This document shows, one piece after another, positions 27,454-40,116 of a stretch of DNA of 64,000 nt. Position numbers and translations under genes: made by a program. The notes under the pieces were generated by a model, which was given only the letters and a program-made list of their open reading frames with translations, was not told where the DNA came from and did no database searches. Source of the DNA: Candidatus Rokuibacteriota bacterium. Its GTDB lineage: Bacteria > Methylomirabilota > Methylomirabilia > Rokubacteriales > DASRDR01. Positions within the stretch are counted from its first letter, which is position 1; each line of letters opens with the position of its first letter. Location of the stretch: positions 931-64,930 of the forward strand of contig JBIOVM010000173.1 of assembly GCA_044867785.1 (NCBI GenBank), read 5' to 3'.

Positions 27454-28776
27454 ATGGCGAGGACCCGAGTCCTCCTGATCTCGGCGGACACGGTCGGTCA
27501 GAGCATGGCCGGGCCCGGCATCCGCTACTGGGAGCTGGCGCGTCAGCTCGCCGGCGAGGCGGAGGTGGTCCTCGCGGTGCCGAACGCACCCACGCTGGAG
27601 GCCGCGACCTTCCGCGTCGTCCGGTACCGCCCGTGGTCGGTCTTCCGACTCGCTCGCGCGGCGGACGTCGTCATTTCTCAGGGCTTCCGGAACCCCCTGG
27701 CCGCCCTCCAGCTCTCCGGGCGCATCGTCCTCGTCGATCTCTACGACCCGGTGCCGCTCGAGCTCGTGGAGCACTACCGGGAAGCGCCCCGGCGTGACGC
27801 GTTGCTCGGCCAGGAGCTGGCCGCGCTGCGCCTCGGCCGCTTGTGCCGCTTGGCCGACGCCGTCCTCGTGACCGGGGAGCGCCAGCGCGACCTGTGGCTG
27901 GGGGCGCTGGCGGCGCAGGGACGCCTCAACTGGGATACCGCCCGCGAGGACCCGCGGCTCGAGCGGCTCTTCCTGGAGGTGCCCTTCGGGCTGCCGGAGA
28001 CGCCGCCGCGAGGAACGCCGCGCGCGTTCCGCCGGCGCTGGCCGGGTCTCCGCGACGGGGACCGGATTCTCCTGTGGGGGGGCGGCGTCTGGAACTGGCT
28101 CGATCCCCTCACCGTGATCCGCGCGATGGGTCGAGTCGCCGCCAAGCGGGACGACGTCAAGCTGGTCTTCCCGGGCGTGCAGCACCCCAACCCCCGCATC
28201 GGGGCCCTCCGGATGGTGGACGAGGCGGTGGGGCTCGCCAAGTCGCTCGATCTCTACGACCGCCACGTCTTCTTCAACTTCGGCTGGACCACGTACGAGG
28301 CTCGCCAGGACGCGCTGGTCGACGCGGACGTGGGCGTGAGCGCTCACCCCGACCACATCGAGGCGCGCTTTGCGTTCCGGACGCGGCTGCTCGACTACTT
28401 GTGGGCAGGCTTGCCGATCCTCGCCACCCGCGGCGACGATCTGGCCGAGGAGGTGCGGGCGCGGGGCATCGGCCTGTGCCTCGAGCCCGGGGACGTCGAC
28501 GGCTGGGCGGCGGCGATCCTGCGCCTCGTCGAGGATCGGCAGCTCCACGCGCAGTGCCGGGCGCAGGCGCTCGAGCTGGCCCGCGAGCTGACCTGGGAGC
28601 GTACGACGGCGACCTTGCGCGCCTTCTGCCGGGCGCCGCGGCCCGCCGCGGACCGGTCGAGGCGCACCCGTCTCGGCGACGTCCTCGATCTCGTCGCCTA
28701 CGGGCTCGGCGTGGGACGCATCGTCCTCCGGTACGGGACCGTCGAGCGCGTCTGGCGGTGGCTCCGGACCCGGTGA
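27454..28776 (+). CDS. GT-B (GT4-like) glycosyltransferase
   Basis: VLLISADTVGQSMAGPGIRYWELARQL, and a C-terminal LDYLWAGLPILATRGDDLAEEV. ATG 27454 lies 2 nt after the flippase stop. Confidence 0.65.
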   Translation: MARTRVLLISADTVGQSMAGPGIRYWELARQLAGEAEVVLAVPNAPTLEAATFRVVRYRPWSVFRLARAADVVISQGFRNPLAALQLSGRIVLVDLYDPVPLELVEHYREAPRRDALLGQELAALRLGRLCRLADAVLVTGERQRDLWLGALAAQGRLNWDTAREDPRLERLFLEVPFGLPETPPRGTPRAFRRRWPGLRDGDRILLWGGGVWNWLDPLTVIRAMGRVAAKRDDVKLVFPGVQHPNPRIGALRMVDEAVGLAKSLDLYDRHVFFNFGWTTYEARQDALVDADVGVSAHPDHIEARFAFRTRLLDYLWAGLPILATRGDDLAEEVRARGIGLCLEPGDVDGWAAAILRLVEDRQLHAQCRAQALELARELTWERTTATLRAFCRAPRPAADRSRRTRLGDVLDLVAYGLGVGRIVLRYGTVERVWRWLRTR

Positions 28777-29729
28777 GGCCGAGCATCTCCGCGCCCCCGG
28801 TGGAGCTGTCCGTCGTCATCGTCAACTTCAACACCGGACGGCTGCTGGGGGAGTGCCTGGCCTCGATCGAGCGCTCGGCCGGCGAGGTCGCGCTCGAGGT
28901 GCTCGTGGTCGACAATGCGTCGACCGACGCGAGCTTCGAGGTGCTGCGCGAGCATCCCGCGGTCCAGGGGACCCGCAACGCCGCGAACGTCGGGTTCGCC
29001 AGGGCCGTGAACCAGGCGCTGGCCGTCGCGAAGGGCCGCTTCGTCCTCCTCCTCAACCCCGACACGCAGGTGCGACCGGGGACCCTCCGGCAGCTGTTGG
29101 CGTTCGCCGACGCGCATCCGACCGCCGGGATCGTGGGGCCTCGCCTCGTGAACCCCGACGGGACGCTCCAGACGTCCGCCTACCGGTTCCCGACCCTCGT
29201 CCAGGCCGCCGGAACCATCCTCGGCGTCAAGCGGCTCGTCCCCGTGCGCTGGCTCCGCGCGCGAGCCGGCCGGTGGCTCGGCTCCCGCTTCGGGCAGCTC
29301 GACCCCCACGAGACGCCCCGACCGGTCGACCTGGTCACGGGCGCCTGCATGCTCGTGCGCCGCCGGGTGCTGGACGCGATCGGCGGCCTCGACCCGCGGT
29401 TCTTCCTCTACTTCGAGGAGAAGGACTTTTGCCTGCGGGCGCGCCGGGCGGGCTTCTCCACGCACTTCGATCCGTCCACGGAGGTGCTCCACGCGATCGC
29501 CGGCTCCTCCCGCGGGGACCCCATGATCACCGTGGTCGAGCGTTGCCGCAGCATGCGCCAGTATCACGACAAGCACGGGGGCGCGGCCACGCGGGTCGCG
29601 CTCCGGGCGCTGTTCCTGGGCGGCGGGGGGCTCCGGCTCGCCGGCGCGCTCGCCGTGGGCGATCGCCGCGCCGCTCGAGCCTGGCGGGAAGTCGTCGGCT
29701 TTGCCTTCCGCCGTCACGTCGACCGCTAG
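28773..29729 (+). CDS. GT2-family glycosyltransferase
   Basis: LSVVIVNFNTGRLL, VVDNASTDAS, NVGFARAVN and LLLNPDT are present. The start/stop overlap is GTGA. Confidence 0.85.
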   Translation: MRPSISAPPVELSVVIVNFNTGRLLGECLASIERSAGEVALEVLVVDNASTDASFEVLREHPAVQGTRNAANVGFARAVNQALAVAKGRFVLLLNPDTQVRPGTLRQLLAFADAHPTAGIVGPRLVNPDGTLQTSAYRFPTLVQAAGTILGVKRLVPVRWLRARAGRWLGSRFGQLDPHETPRPVDLVTGACMLVRRRVLDAIGGLDPRFFLYFEEKDFCLRARRAGFSTHFDPSTEVLHAIAGSSRGDPMITVVERCRSMRQYHDKHGGAATRVALRALFLGGGGLRLAGALAVGDRRAARAWREVVGFAFRRHVDR

Positions 29730-29733
29730 CGCG

Positions 29734-30612
29734 ATGCCGCGGCTCGCTCCGCCCGAGCTCTCGGTCGTGATCGTGAACTACCGCAAGGGGCAACTCCTCC
29801 TCGACTGTCTCGAGTCCGTCTTCCGCACCGCGGACCCGATGCCCGTCGAGGTGATCGTCGTCGACAACGCGTCGCAGGACGAGACGGCCCGGACCGTACC
29901 GGACCGGTTTCCGCAGGTCCGTCTCGTCCTGAACGCGCAGAACGTCGGGTTCGCGCGCGGCACGAACCAGGGATTGGCCCTCGCCACCGCGCCGCTCTGC
30001 CTGTGGCTCAACCCCGACACGGTCCTCCAGCGGGGGGCGCTCCACGAGCTCGTCGACTTCTTCCGCCGGCATCCCGATGCGGCCGCGGTCGGGCCGCGAA
30101 TGATCGGCACCGACGGGCAGCTCCAGTACTCCTGCCGCGCGTTCCCCACGCTCGGGACGGCGTTCTTCACGCGGTATTCGCTCCTGCGGCGCGTGTGGCC
30201 CGGCAATCCCGTGTCCTCGCGCTATCTCCTCTCCGACTGGGACCATGCGGGGGTCCGGCAGGTGGATTGGATCTCGGGGTCGTGCCTGCTCACGTCCCGC
30301 GACGTCCTGAGCCGCGTGGGGCCGCTCGACGAGGCGTACTTCCTGTTCAACGAGGACGTGGACTGGTGTCGGCGGGCCGCCGATGCCGGGCTCCACGTCT
30401 ACTACGACGCCCACGCCGTGGTCGTCCACCACATCGGCGCCAGCAAGGGTCGGCTCCCGGCGTGGCTCGTCCTCGAGCGGCACAAAGGCATGTTCCGCTA
30501 CTATCGGAAGCACATGCGGCGGAGCCGGTGGCTGGACGTCCCGGTGGCCATGGGGATCGCCCTGCGTGCCGGCCTGGAGATCCTGACCAAGTCGACGCGG
30601 CGGTCGGCGTGA
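29734..30612 (+). CDS. GT2-family glycosyltransferase (paralog of the preceding gene)
   Basis: LSVVIVNYRKGQLL, VVDNASQDET, NVGFARGTN, WLNPDT and FNEDVDWCRR are present. Confidence 0.85.
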   Translation: MPRLAPPELSVVIVNYRKGQLLLDCLESVFRTADPMPVEVIVVDNASQDETARTVPDRFPQVRLVLNAQNVGFARGTNQGLALATAPLCLWLNPDTVLQRGALHELVDFFRRHPDAAAVGPRMIGTDGQLQYSCRAFPTLGTAFFTRYSLLRRVWPGNPVSSRYLLSDWDHAGVRQVDWISGSCLLTSRDVLSRVGPLDEAYFLFNEDVDWCRRAADAGLHVYYDAHAVVVHHIGASKGRLPAWLVLERHKGMFRYYRKHMRRSRWLDVPVAMGIALRAGLEILTKSTRRSA

Positions 30613-30658
30613 TCGGCCCGGAGCCGAGGACGGCGGGCGGGCGCGCGAGGCCCGCCGA

Positions 30659-31705
30659 GTGACGCTCGGGTGGGTCGCCGCCCTGATCCTCGTCGCCGCG
30701 CACCTGGGGACGCGCCTCTGGATCGGCGTCGCGCCCACGGACATGCCCGCCGCCGGGAAGATTCACACCCGCCCGATCCCGACCGCCGGCGGCCTGCCCG
30801 TCGTGGTGGCCTTCCTCGGCGGGCTGTGGGCGCTGTGGCGATGGGGCGAGGCGCCGCTCACGACCGAGCACCTGGTCGGGCTCACCGTGGCCGCCGTGCT
30901 GGTCCTCGCCCTCGGCGTCTACGACGATCTCCGCGGGACCAGCGCGTGGGAGAAGCTCGTCGTCGAGGCCGCGGCGGCCGTGGTGCTCTTCGTGGCCGGC
31001 TTCCGCATCGTCGCGCTGACGAATCCACTCGGCGACGCGATACCGCTCGGCTGGCTGGCGTTGCCCGTCACGGTGGGATGGCTTCTGATCGTCACGAACG
31101 CCGTCAACGTGATCGATGGGCTCGACGGCCTCGCCGCCGGCGTCGTGGCCATTGCGGCGCTCACTCTCTTCGGCATCGCCCTGCGCTTCGAGGAGACGAC
31201 CATTGCGGGACTCGCCCTCCCCCTCGCGGCGGCGACGCTCGGCTTCCTCCCGCTCAACTGGCCGCCGGCCCGCGTGTTCCTCGGAGACACGGGGTCGCTC
31301 ACGCTCGGGTTCGTCCTCGGAGCGACCTCGCTCCTCGAGAACCGCAAGGGCACCGTCGCCGTCACCCTCCTCCTGCCCATGGTCCTCTTGGCGATCCCGC
31401 TGCTCGACGCGGCGCTGGCCTTCGTCCGGCGCGTCCGGCGAGGTCGCCACCCGTTCCGGCGGGACACCGAGCATCTGCACCACCGGCTGCTCGGGCTCGG
31501 ACTGACGCCGCGGCAGATCCTCACCGTCGTCTACGGTCTCGCCGTCTGCCTGGGCCTCACCGCCTACCTCATGTCGGTGATGCCGAAGCAGTTCGTGGCG
31601 GTGATCGTGCTGATCCTCGGCATCGGCGGGGTCGTCGGCCTCCGGATGCTCGCGTACCTCGAGGGCGCGGTGGAGCGCACCCGCGGGTCGGGCGGCTCGA
31701 CGTGA
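30659..31705 (+). CDS. MraY/WecA-family polyprenyl-phosphate sugar-1-phosphate transferase (second initiating enzyme)
   Basis: YDDLRG, NAVNVIDGLDGLAAG and VFLGDTGSLTLGF are present. The start is GTG, with GAGG about 7 nt upstream. Confidence 0.8.
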   Translation: MTLGWVAALILVAAHLGTRLWIGVAPTDMPAAGKIHTRPIPTAGGLPVVVAFLGGLWALWRWGEAPLTTEHLVGLTVAAVLVLALGVYDDLRGTSAWEKLVVEAAAAVVLFVAGFRIVALTNPLGDAIPLGWLALPVTVGWLLIVTNAVNVIDGLDGLAAGVVAIAALTLFGIALRFEETTIAGLALPLAAATLGFLPLNWPPARVFLGDTGSLTLGFVLGATSLLENRKGTVAVTLLLPMVLLAIPLLDAALAFVRRVRRGRHPFRRDTEHLHHRLLGLGLTPRQILTVVYGLAVCLGLTAYLMSVMPKQFVAVIVLILGIGGVVGLRMLAYLEGAVERTRGSGGST

Positions 31706-31869
31706 GTCGGGAGGCCGGCGGCCCCCGGGCGGCCGGCGCGGGTCAGCCGGCGCCCGACGCCCCTGGCGGCGGCCCGGGACGCCGGCGGGCGGCCTCGCCC
31801 GTCGGCCGAGAGGTCTCCGCGAGGGGGCCGATCCCGCGGCGTCGAGCGACGGACGCCGTAGCTTCGCGA

Positions 31870-31875
31870 TAGAAT
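31870..31875 (+). promoter_or_regulatory. -10 box TAGAAT 8 nt upstream of the gltX ATG (leaderless or near-leaderless)
   Basis: GATAGAATC is the same 9-mer as upstream of the DUF362 gene. There is no SD before ATG 31884. Confidence 0.4.
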
Positions 31876-31883
31876 CGGGCATC

Positions 31884-33332
31884 ATGCCCGAGTCCGTTCG
31901 TGTGCGCTTCGCGCCCAGCCCCACCGGGCATCTGCACGTCGGAGGCGCCCGCACGGCGCTGTTCAACTGGCTCTTCGCCCGCCATCACGAGGGCGTCTTC
32001 CTCCTCAGGATCGAGGACACCGACCGCGACCGGTCGACGGACGACGCGATCCGCCAGATCCTCGAGGCGATGAGCTGGCTCAAGCTCGACTGGGACCGTG
32101 AAGGGCCCGAAAATGACGGCGAGTACAGCGGATACTTCCGGCAGACGAGCCGTCTCGACGTCTACCGGGCCCACGCCGAGCGCCTGCTCGCCGACGGGCA
32201 CGCCTACCGCTGCTACTGCACGCCGGACGAGCTCGACGCGCGCCGGGCGGCCGCCCAGGCCCGCGGGGAGACCTTCCGCTACGACGGCCGGTGTCGCGAC
32301 GCGCCGCTTCGCCCCGGCGTTCCGGCGGCGCTGCGCCTCCGGATCCCGGATACCGGAACGACGGTCGTGCCCGACCTGATCCACGGGGACGTGACGTTCG
32401 ACCGCGCCACGCTCGACGACTGGATCCTCGTCCGGTCGGACGGGACGCCGACCTACAACTTCTGCGTGGTCGTCGACGACGTGACGATGAAGATCACGCA
32501 CGTGATCCGGGGCAATGACCACCTCTCGAACACGCCCAAGCAGATCCTCTGCTACGAGGCGCTGGGCTACCCGCGGCCGGCGTTCGCCCACATCCCCATG
32601 ATTCTCGGTCCGGACCGGAAGCGCCTCTCGAAGCGCCACGGCGCGACGTCCGTGCTCGCGTTCCGGGAGGAGGGGTTCCTGCCCGCGGCGATGATCAACT
32701 ACCTGGCGCGCCTGGGCTGGGCGCACGGCGACCAGGAGGTCTTCACGCGCGAGGAGCTGATCGCGCTCTTCGACATCGGGCATGTCGGCGCCACGCCCGC
32801 GATCTTCGACCGGACGAAGCTCGAGTGGCTCAATCAAACCTGGGAGAAGCGGCTGGCAGAGAGTCCGGCCGGCCGCGTGGAGTTGGCCGAGGCGTTCATT
32901 CCGCATCTGGAGCGCGCCGGGATCGCCGATCCACCGAAGGTGCGGGTCATCGCGGCCGTCACCCACCTCGCCACGCGCGCCACGACCCTGGCCGCCATGG
33001 TGCCGAAGGCGCGCTTCTACTTCGAGGACCCGACCGAGTACGATCCGACGGCCCTCGGGAAGCTGGCGACCCCGGCGCTCAGGCCGCACCTGGACCGGCT
33101 CCTGGCCCGCCTGTCCGGCCTCGAGCACTGGACGGAGGCGGATCTGGAAGGCGCATGCCGGCAGCTCGCGGGCGAGCTCGGCCTGAAGCTCGTGGATCTC
33201 GCGCAGCCGATCCGCCTGGCACTGACGGGCGAGACCGCGAGCCCCCCGATCTTCGGGGTCATGGCCGCCCTGGGACAAAGGACGACGCTCGGCCGTCTGC
33301 GCGCATTCCTGGATCGCGTGCCCCGGGCCTAG
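31884..33332 (+). CDS. gltX: Glutamate--tRNA ligase
   Basis: PSPTGHLHVGGART (HIGH motif), RLSKRHG (KMSKS-like motif), and full-length GltX resemblance. Confidence 0.95.
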   Translation: MPESVRVRFAPSPTGHLHVGGARTALFNWLFARHHEGVFLLRIEDTDRDRSTDDAIRQILEAMSWLKLDWDREGPENDGEYSGYFRQTSRLDVYRAHAERLLADGHAYRCYCTPDELDARRAAAQARGETFRYDGRCRDAPLRPGVPAALRLRIPDTGTTVVPDLIHGDVTFDRATLDDWILVRSDGTPTYNFCVVVDDVTMKITHVIRGNDHLSNTPKQILCYEALGYPRPAFAHIPMILGPDRKRLSKRHGATSVLAFREEGFLPAAMINYLARLGWAHGDQEVFTREELIALFDIGHVGATPAIFDRTKLEWLNQTWEKRLAESPAGRVELAEAFIPHLERAGIADPPKVRVIAAVTHLATRATTLAAMVPKARFYFEDPTEYDPTALGKLATPALRPHLDRLLARLSGLEHWTEADLEGACRQLAGELGLKLVDLAQPIRLALTGETASPPIFGVMAALGQRTTLGRLRAFLDRVPRA

Positions 33333-33339
33333 CCGCGCG

Positions 33340-33470
33340 ATGGAGCTCTGGCTGGTCCGGCACGGCGAGTCGACCTGGAACTTCACGCGCGTCGACGTGC
33401 CGGAAGGCCGGGTCCTCGCCCTCGACGAGATCGGCCACCTCGCTCGGACGTCGGCCAAGGCCGTGGCGCC

Positions 33471-33474
<4 letters not shown>
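33340..33474 (+). pseudogene. 44-codon relic of a histidine phosphatase (phosphoglycerate-mutase family) gene
   Basis: My translation is MELWLVRHGESTWNFTRVDVPEGRVLALDEIGHLARTSAKAVAP. LVRHGESTWN is the catalytic RHG motif. The remainder is far too short for the roughly 200-aa fold. The ORF is below the length cutoff of the track. Confidence 0.5.
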
Positions 33475-36900
<3,426 letters not shown>

Positions 36901-37062
36901 CCGCTCGTCCGGCCCGCGCCAGGCTCGCCTCCTCGCTCGCCGGGACGGCCGCCCTCGACGGGGATGCCCGGCCGACCATCGCCCCGGCGGACTGGCGGTG
37001 CGTCAGGCACCGGCGACGGTGTCGTGCTGACCGAGCGGACGGCCGCGGCGGCGCTTCCGCCG

Positions 37063-40000
37063 ATGGCCGCGTTTCTCGATCCCGCGGTCCCGCCCCCCGA
37101 CTGTCTCGCGGGCTTGGCGCGCCTCGGCTTCGTCGATCCCAAGGGCGCGCTCGGCAACCTGCGGCGCCTCGCCGAGACGCCCGAGCTCCGCGACGAGCTC
37201 GCCCCGCTGCTCCCGCGACTCCTCCATCATCTCGGCAACTCGGCCGACCCGGACATGGCGCTCAACAATCTCGAGCGGCTGGCGGCGGCGGCGCTCGACC
37301 GCCGGGCCTTCTACGCCCTGCTCGCGCGTCATCCGGAGGGAGTCCCGATCCTCACCACGCTGACCGCCGCGAGCCAGTTCCTGGCCGACGCGCTCGTCCG
37401 CTCGCCGCAGATCGTCCCGTGGCTCCTCGACCCGCGCGTGATGCGGACACGCTCGCCCGAGGCGATGCACGCGGAAGTGGCCGGCGCCTGCCGGCCGTTC
37501 CGGACCGAGGAGGCCCGGCTCAACGCCCTCCGGCGCGTGAAGCGGCGCGAGCTGTGCCGGATCGGGCTCCGCGACCTCCTGGGCGACGCGGACCTGGTCA
37601 CGACGACGCAGGAGCTGTCGGAGCTGGCCGACGCGTGCCTCGCGCAGGCATGGGCGGCGGTCGAGCCGGCGCTCCTCGCCCGCTACGGGCGGCCTCGGCA
37701 CCCGGGCGCGGACGGCCAGCCGACGCCGACCGGGTTCGCGGTGATCGCGCTCGGCAAGCACGGCGGCGTCGAGCTCAATTATTCGTCCGACATCGACCTC
37801 TGCTTCGTCTACGAGACCGAGGGCGAGACGGAGGGGCCCGAGGTCGTGTCGAATCGCACCTACTTCGCGCGCCTGGGCGAGCGGCTCATCGGCGCGCTGA
37901 CCGCCATGACCGAGGAGGGCACGGCGTACCGGGTCGATCTCCGGCTCCGCCCCGAGGGCGCCGGCGGCCCGCTCGCGCTGCCCCTCGAAGCCTACCGCGC
38001 CTACCACACGACGCGCGGCGCGCTCTGGGAGCGCCAGGCCCTCATCAAGGCGCGCGTGGCGACCGGCGACGAGCGGGTCGGCCAGGCGTTCCTGGAGCTG
38101 GCGCAGGAGATCGTCTACCGGCCGGGCCTCGAGCGGGAAGCGCTGGCGGAGATCCGCGCGATGAAGAACCGCATCGACCGGCTCCTTCGCGCGCGGGGCC
38201 AGCAAGAGCGCCACGTCAAGCTCGGCGTCGGCGGCATTCGCGACATCGAGTTCCACATCCAGGCGCTCCAGCTGCTCTACGGGGCCCAGGACCCGTGGCT
38301 CCGCGAGCGGAACAGCCTGCGGGCCCTCCACCGGCTGGCCGAGCGAGGGTATCTCTCGTGGGAGGAGTCGGGTCAGCTGGCCCACGCCTACGAGTTCCTC
38401 CGGCGGATCGAGCACCGGCTCCAGATCCTCCACGCGCTCCAGACCCACACGCTGCCGGCGGACCCGGCGGAGCTCGCCAAGCTCGCCCGCCGCCTGGGCT
38501 ACGGGGGGGACGCGGAGACGGTGGCGCGCCAGCTCGTGGAGGACTACGACCGCACGCGCCGGACGGTGCGCGCCGCCTTCGAGGGCTTCTTCGACGCGGT
38601 GGTGCGGCCGCTCGCGGACACCCCGCCCTGGGACGACCCGAGCCTGGCGGCGGTCGCCTTTGCGGATCCGGATCGCGCCCGCCAGAACTTGCGGCTGCTC
38701 TGGGAGGGGCCGGCTCTCGTGACCGTGCCGGCGGCTGTCCGGGCCGCGCTCCGGACGCTCATTCCCGCCACCCTCGCCGCCCTCCGCGCGGCGCCGGATC
38801 CCGACGCGGCGCTCGACACGCTCGAGCGCTTCGTCGCCGCCGCGGGCCCGCGAACGGCGTACCTCGCCCGCCTGGCCGCGACGCCGGACCTGCTGCGCGG
38901 CGTGCTCGCGTTTTTCACGCGGTCGGAGCGGCTCGCGCAGACGCTGATCGCCCAGCCCGAGCTGCTGGACGAGCTGGGGACGTCGGTCGGCGGCGCGCCG
39001 CGGCCGGCGGGCGTCCTCCGGGCGGCGTTCCACGAGTTCAGCGCGCCCGGACTGGACGAGGCCGATCGGCTGCGCCTCTGGAAGCAGCGGGAAGAGCTCC
39101 GGATCGCCTGGCGCGATCTCATCCTGGGCGAGCGGCCGGGCCGGGTGGGCTGGGCGCTCGGGGAGCTGGCCGAGGCGAGCTTGGCCATCGCCTGGGCACG
39201 CGCGGTGGCCGAGACGCGCGCGATGCTGGGGGCGCCGCTCGCCGGGGGCCGCCCGGTGCCGGCCCTCCTGGTCGGCATGGGGAAGCTCGGGGGCCGCGAG
39301 CTCGACTACGGATCGGACCTCGACCTGGTCGTGCTCTACGGGGGGTCCGGTGACGCCGGCCCGGAGGCGCACGTCTACTTCGACCGCGTCGTCGACCGGC
39401 TGAACACCCTCCTGACGGCCATCACGCGGACCGGCCAGGTCTTCCGGCTGGACCTCCGCCTCCGGCAGGGCGGGAAGGCGACGGCGCTCGCCCACGACCT
39501 CCGGACGCTCGACCGCTATCTCGCGGACGAGGCGGCGCTCTGGGAGCGCCAGGCGCTCGTCCGGGCGCGCCCCCTCCTGGGCGACCCGATGCTGGCTCGC
39601 GGATTCGTCGCGCTCCGGCAGGCGCGCGTCTTCGGGCCGGGGCTCTCCGCCCACGAGCGCGCGGAGATCGACCACGTCCGCGGCCGCATGGAAACGGAGC
39701 TGGGCCGCGAGGGCCCCGGACGCATCCACCTCAAGTTCGGCGCCGGCGGGCTGGTCGACATCGAGTTCCTCACCCAGGTCCTCCAGCTGGCGCACGGCGC
39801 CCGGCATCGGGCCCTTCGGAGCCCGTCGACGCGCCTCGCGCTGACGCGTCTCGGCACGCTGGGCATCCTGCCGGAGGCGACGGCGCGCCGGCTCCTCGAG
39901 GCGTACGAGTTCCTGCGCCGCCTGCTGCGGTCCTTGCGGCTTCGCCAGGCGCGGCCGCCGGACTGCTTGCCCACGACCGGCCACGTGCTCGCGCGCCTCG

Positions 40001-40116
40001 CCCGCGAGATGGGCGCCGAGAGCGGCCGGGCACTGCTCGCGCGCCACCGCGAGGTGGCGGAGATGGTGCGCGCGGAGTATCGTCGGGTGATGGGGGGCGC
40101 GGGAGGGGACGCGTGA
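37063..40116 (+). CDS. glnE: Bifunctional glutamine synthetase adenylyltransferase/adenylyl-removing enzyme
   Basis: Two nucleotidyltransferase cores are present: GKHGGVELNYSSDIDLCFVY and GKLGGRELDYGSDLDLVVLY. The start is uncertain among 36964, 37024 and 37063. Confidence 0.85.
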   Translation: MAAFLDPAVPPPDCLAGLARLGFVDPKGALGNLRRLAETPELRDELAPLLPRLLHHLGNSADPDMALNNLERLAAAALDRRAFYALLARHPEGVPILTTLTAASQFLADALVRSPQIVPWLLDPRVMRTRSPEAMHAEVAGACRPFRTEEARLNALRRVKRRELCRIGLRDLLGDADLVTTTQELSELADACLAQAWAAVEPALLARYGRPRHPGADGQPTPTGFAVIALGKHGGVELNYSSDIDLCFVYETEGETEGPEVVSNRTYFARLGERLIGALTAMTEEGTAYRVDLRLRPEGAGGPLALPLEAYRAYHTTRGALWERQALIKARVATGDERVGQAFLELAQEIVYRPGLEREALAEIRAMKNRIDRLLRARGQQERHVKLGVGGIRDIEFHIQALQLLYGAQDPWLRERNSLRALHRLAERGYLSWEESGQLAHAYEFLRRIEHRLQILHALQTHTLPADPAELAKLARRLGYGGDAETVARQLVEDYDRTRRTVRAAFEGFFDAVVRPLADTPPWDDPSLAAVAFADPDRARQNLRLLWEGPALVTVPAAVRAALRTLIPATLAALRAAPDPDAALDTLERFVAAAGPRTAYLARLAATPDLLRGVLAFFTRSERLAQTLIAQPELLDELGTSVGGAPRPAGVLRAAFHEFSAPGLDEADRLRLWKQREELRIAWRDLILGERPGRVGWALGELAEASLAIAWARAVAETRAMLGAPLAGGRPVPALLVGMGKLGGRELDYGSDLDLVVLYGGSGDAGPEAHVYFDRVVDRLNTLLTAITRTGQVFRLDLRLRQGGKATALAHDLRTLDRYLADEAALWERQALVRARPLLGDPMLARGFVALRQARVFGPGLSAHERAEIDHVRGRMETELGREGPGRIHLKFGAGGLVDIEFLTQVLQLAHGARHRALRSPSTRLALTRLGTLGILPEATARRLLEAYEFLRRLLRSLRLRQARPPDCLPTTGHVLARLAREMGAESGRALLARHREVAEMVRAEYRRVMGGAGGDA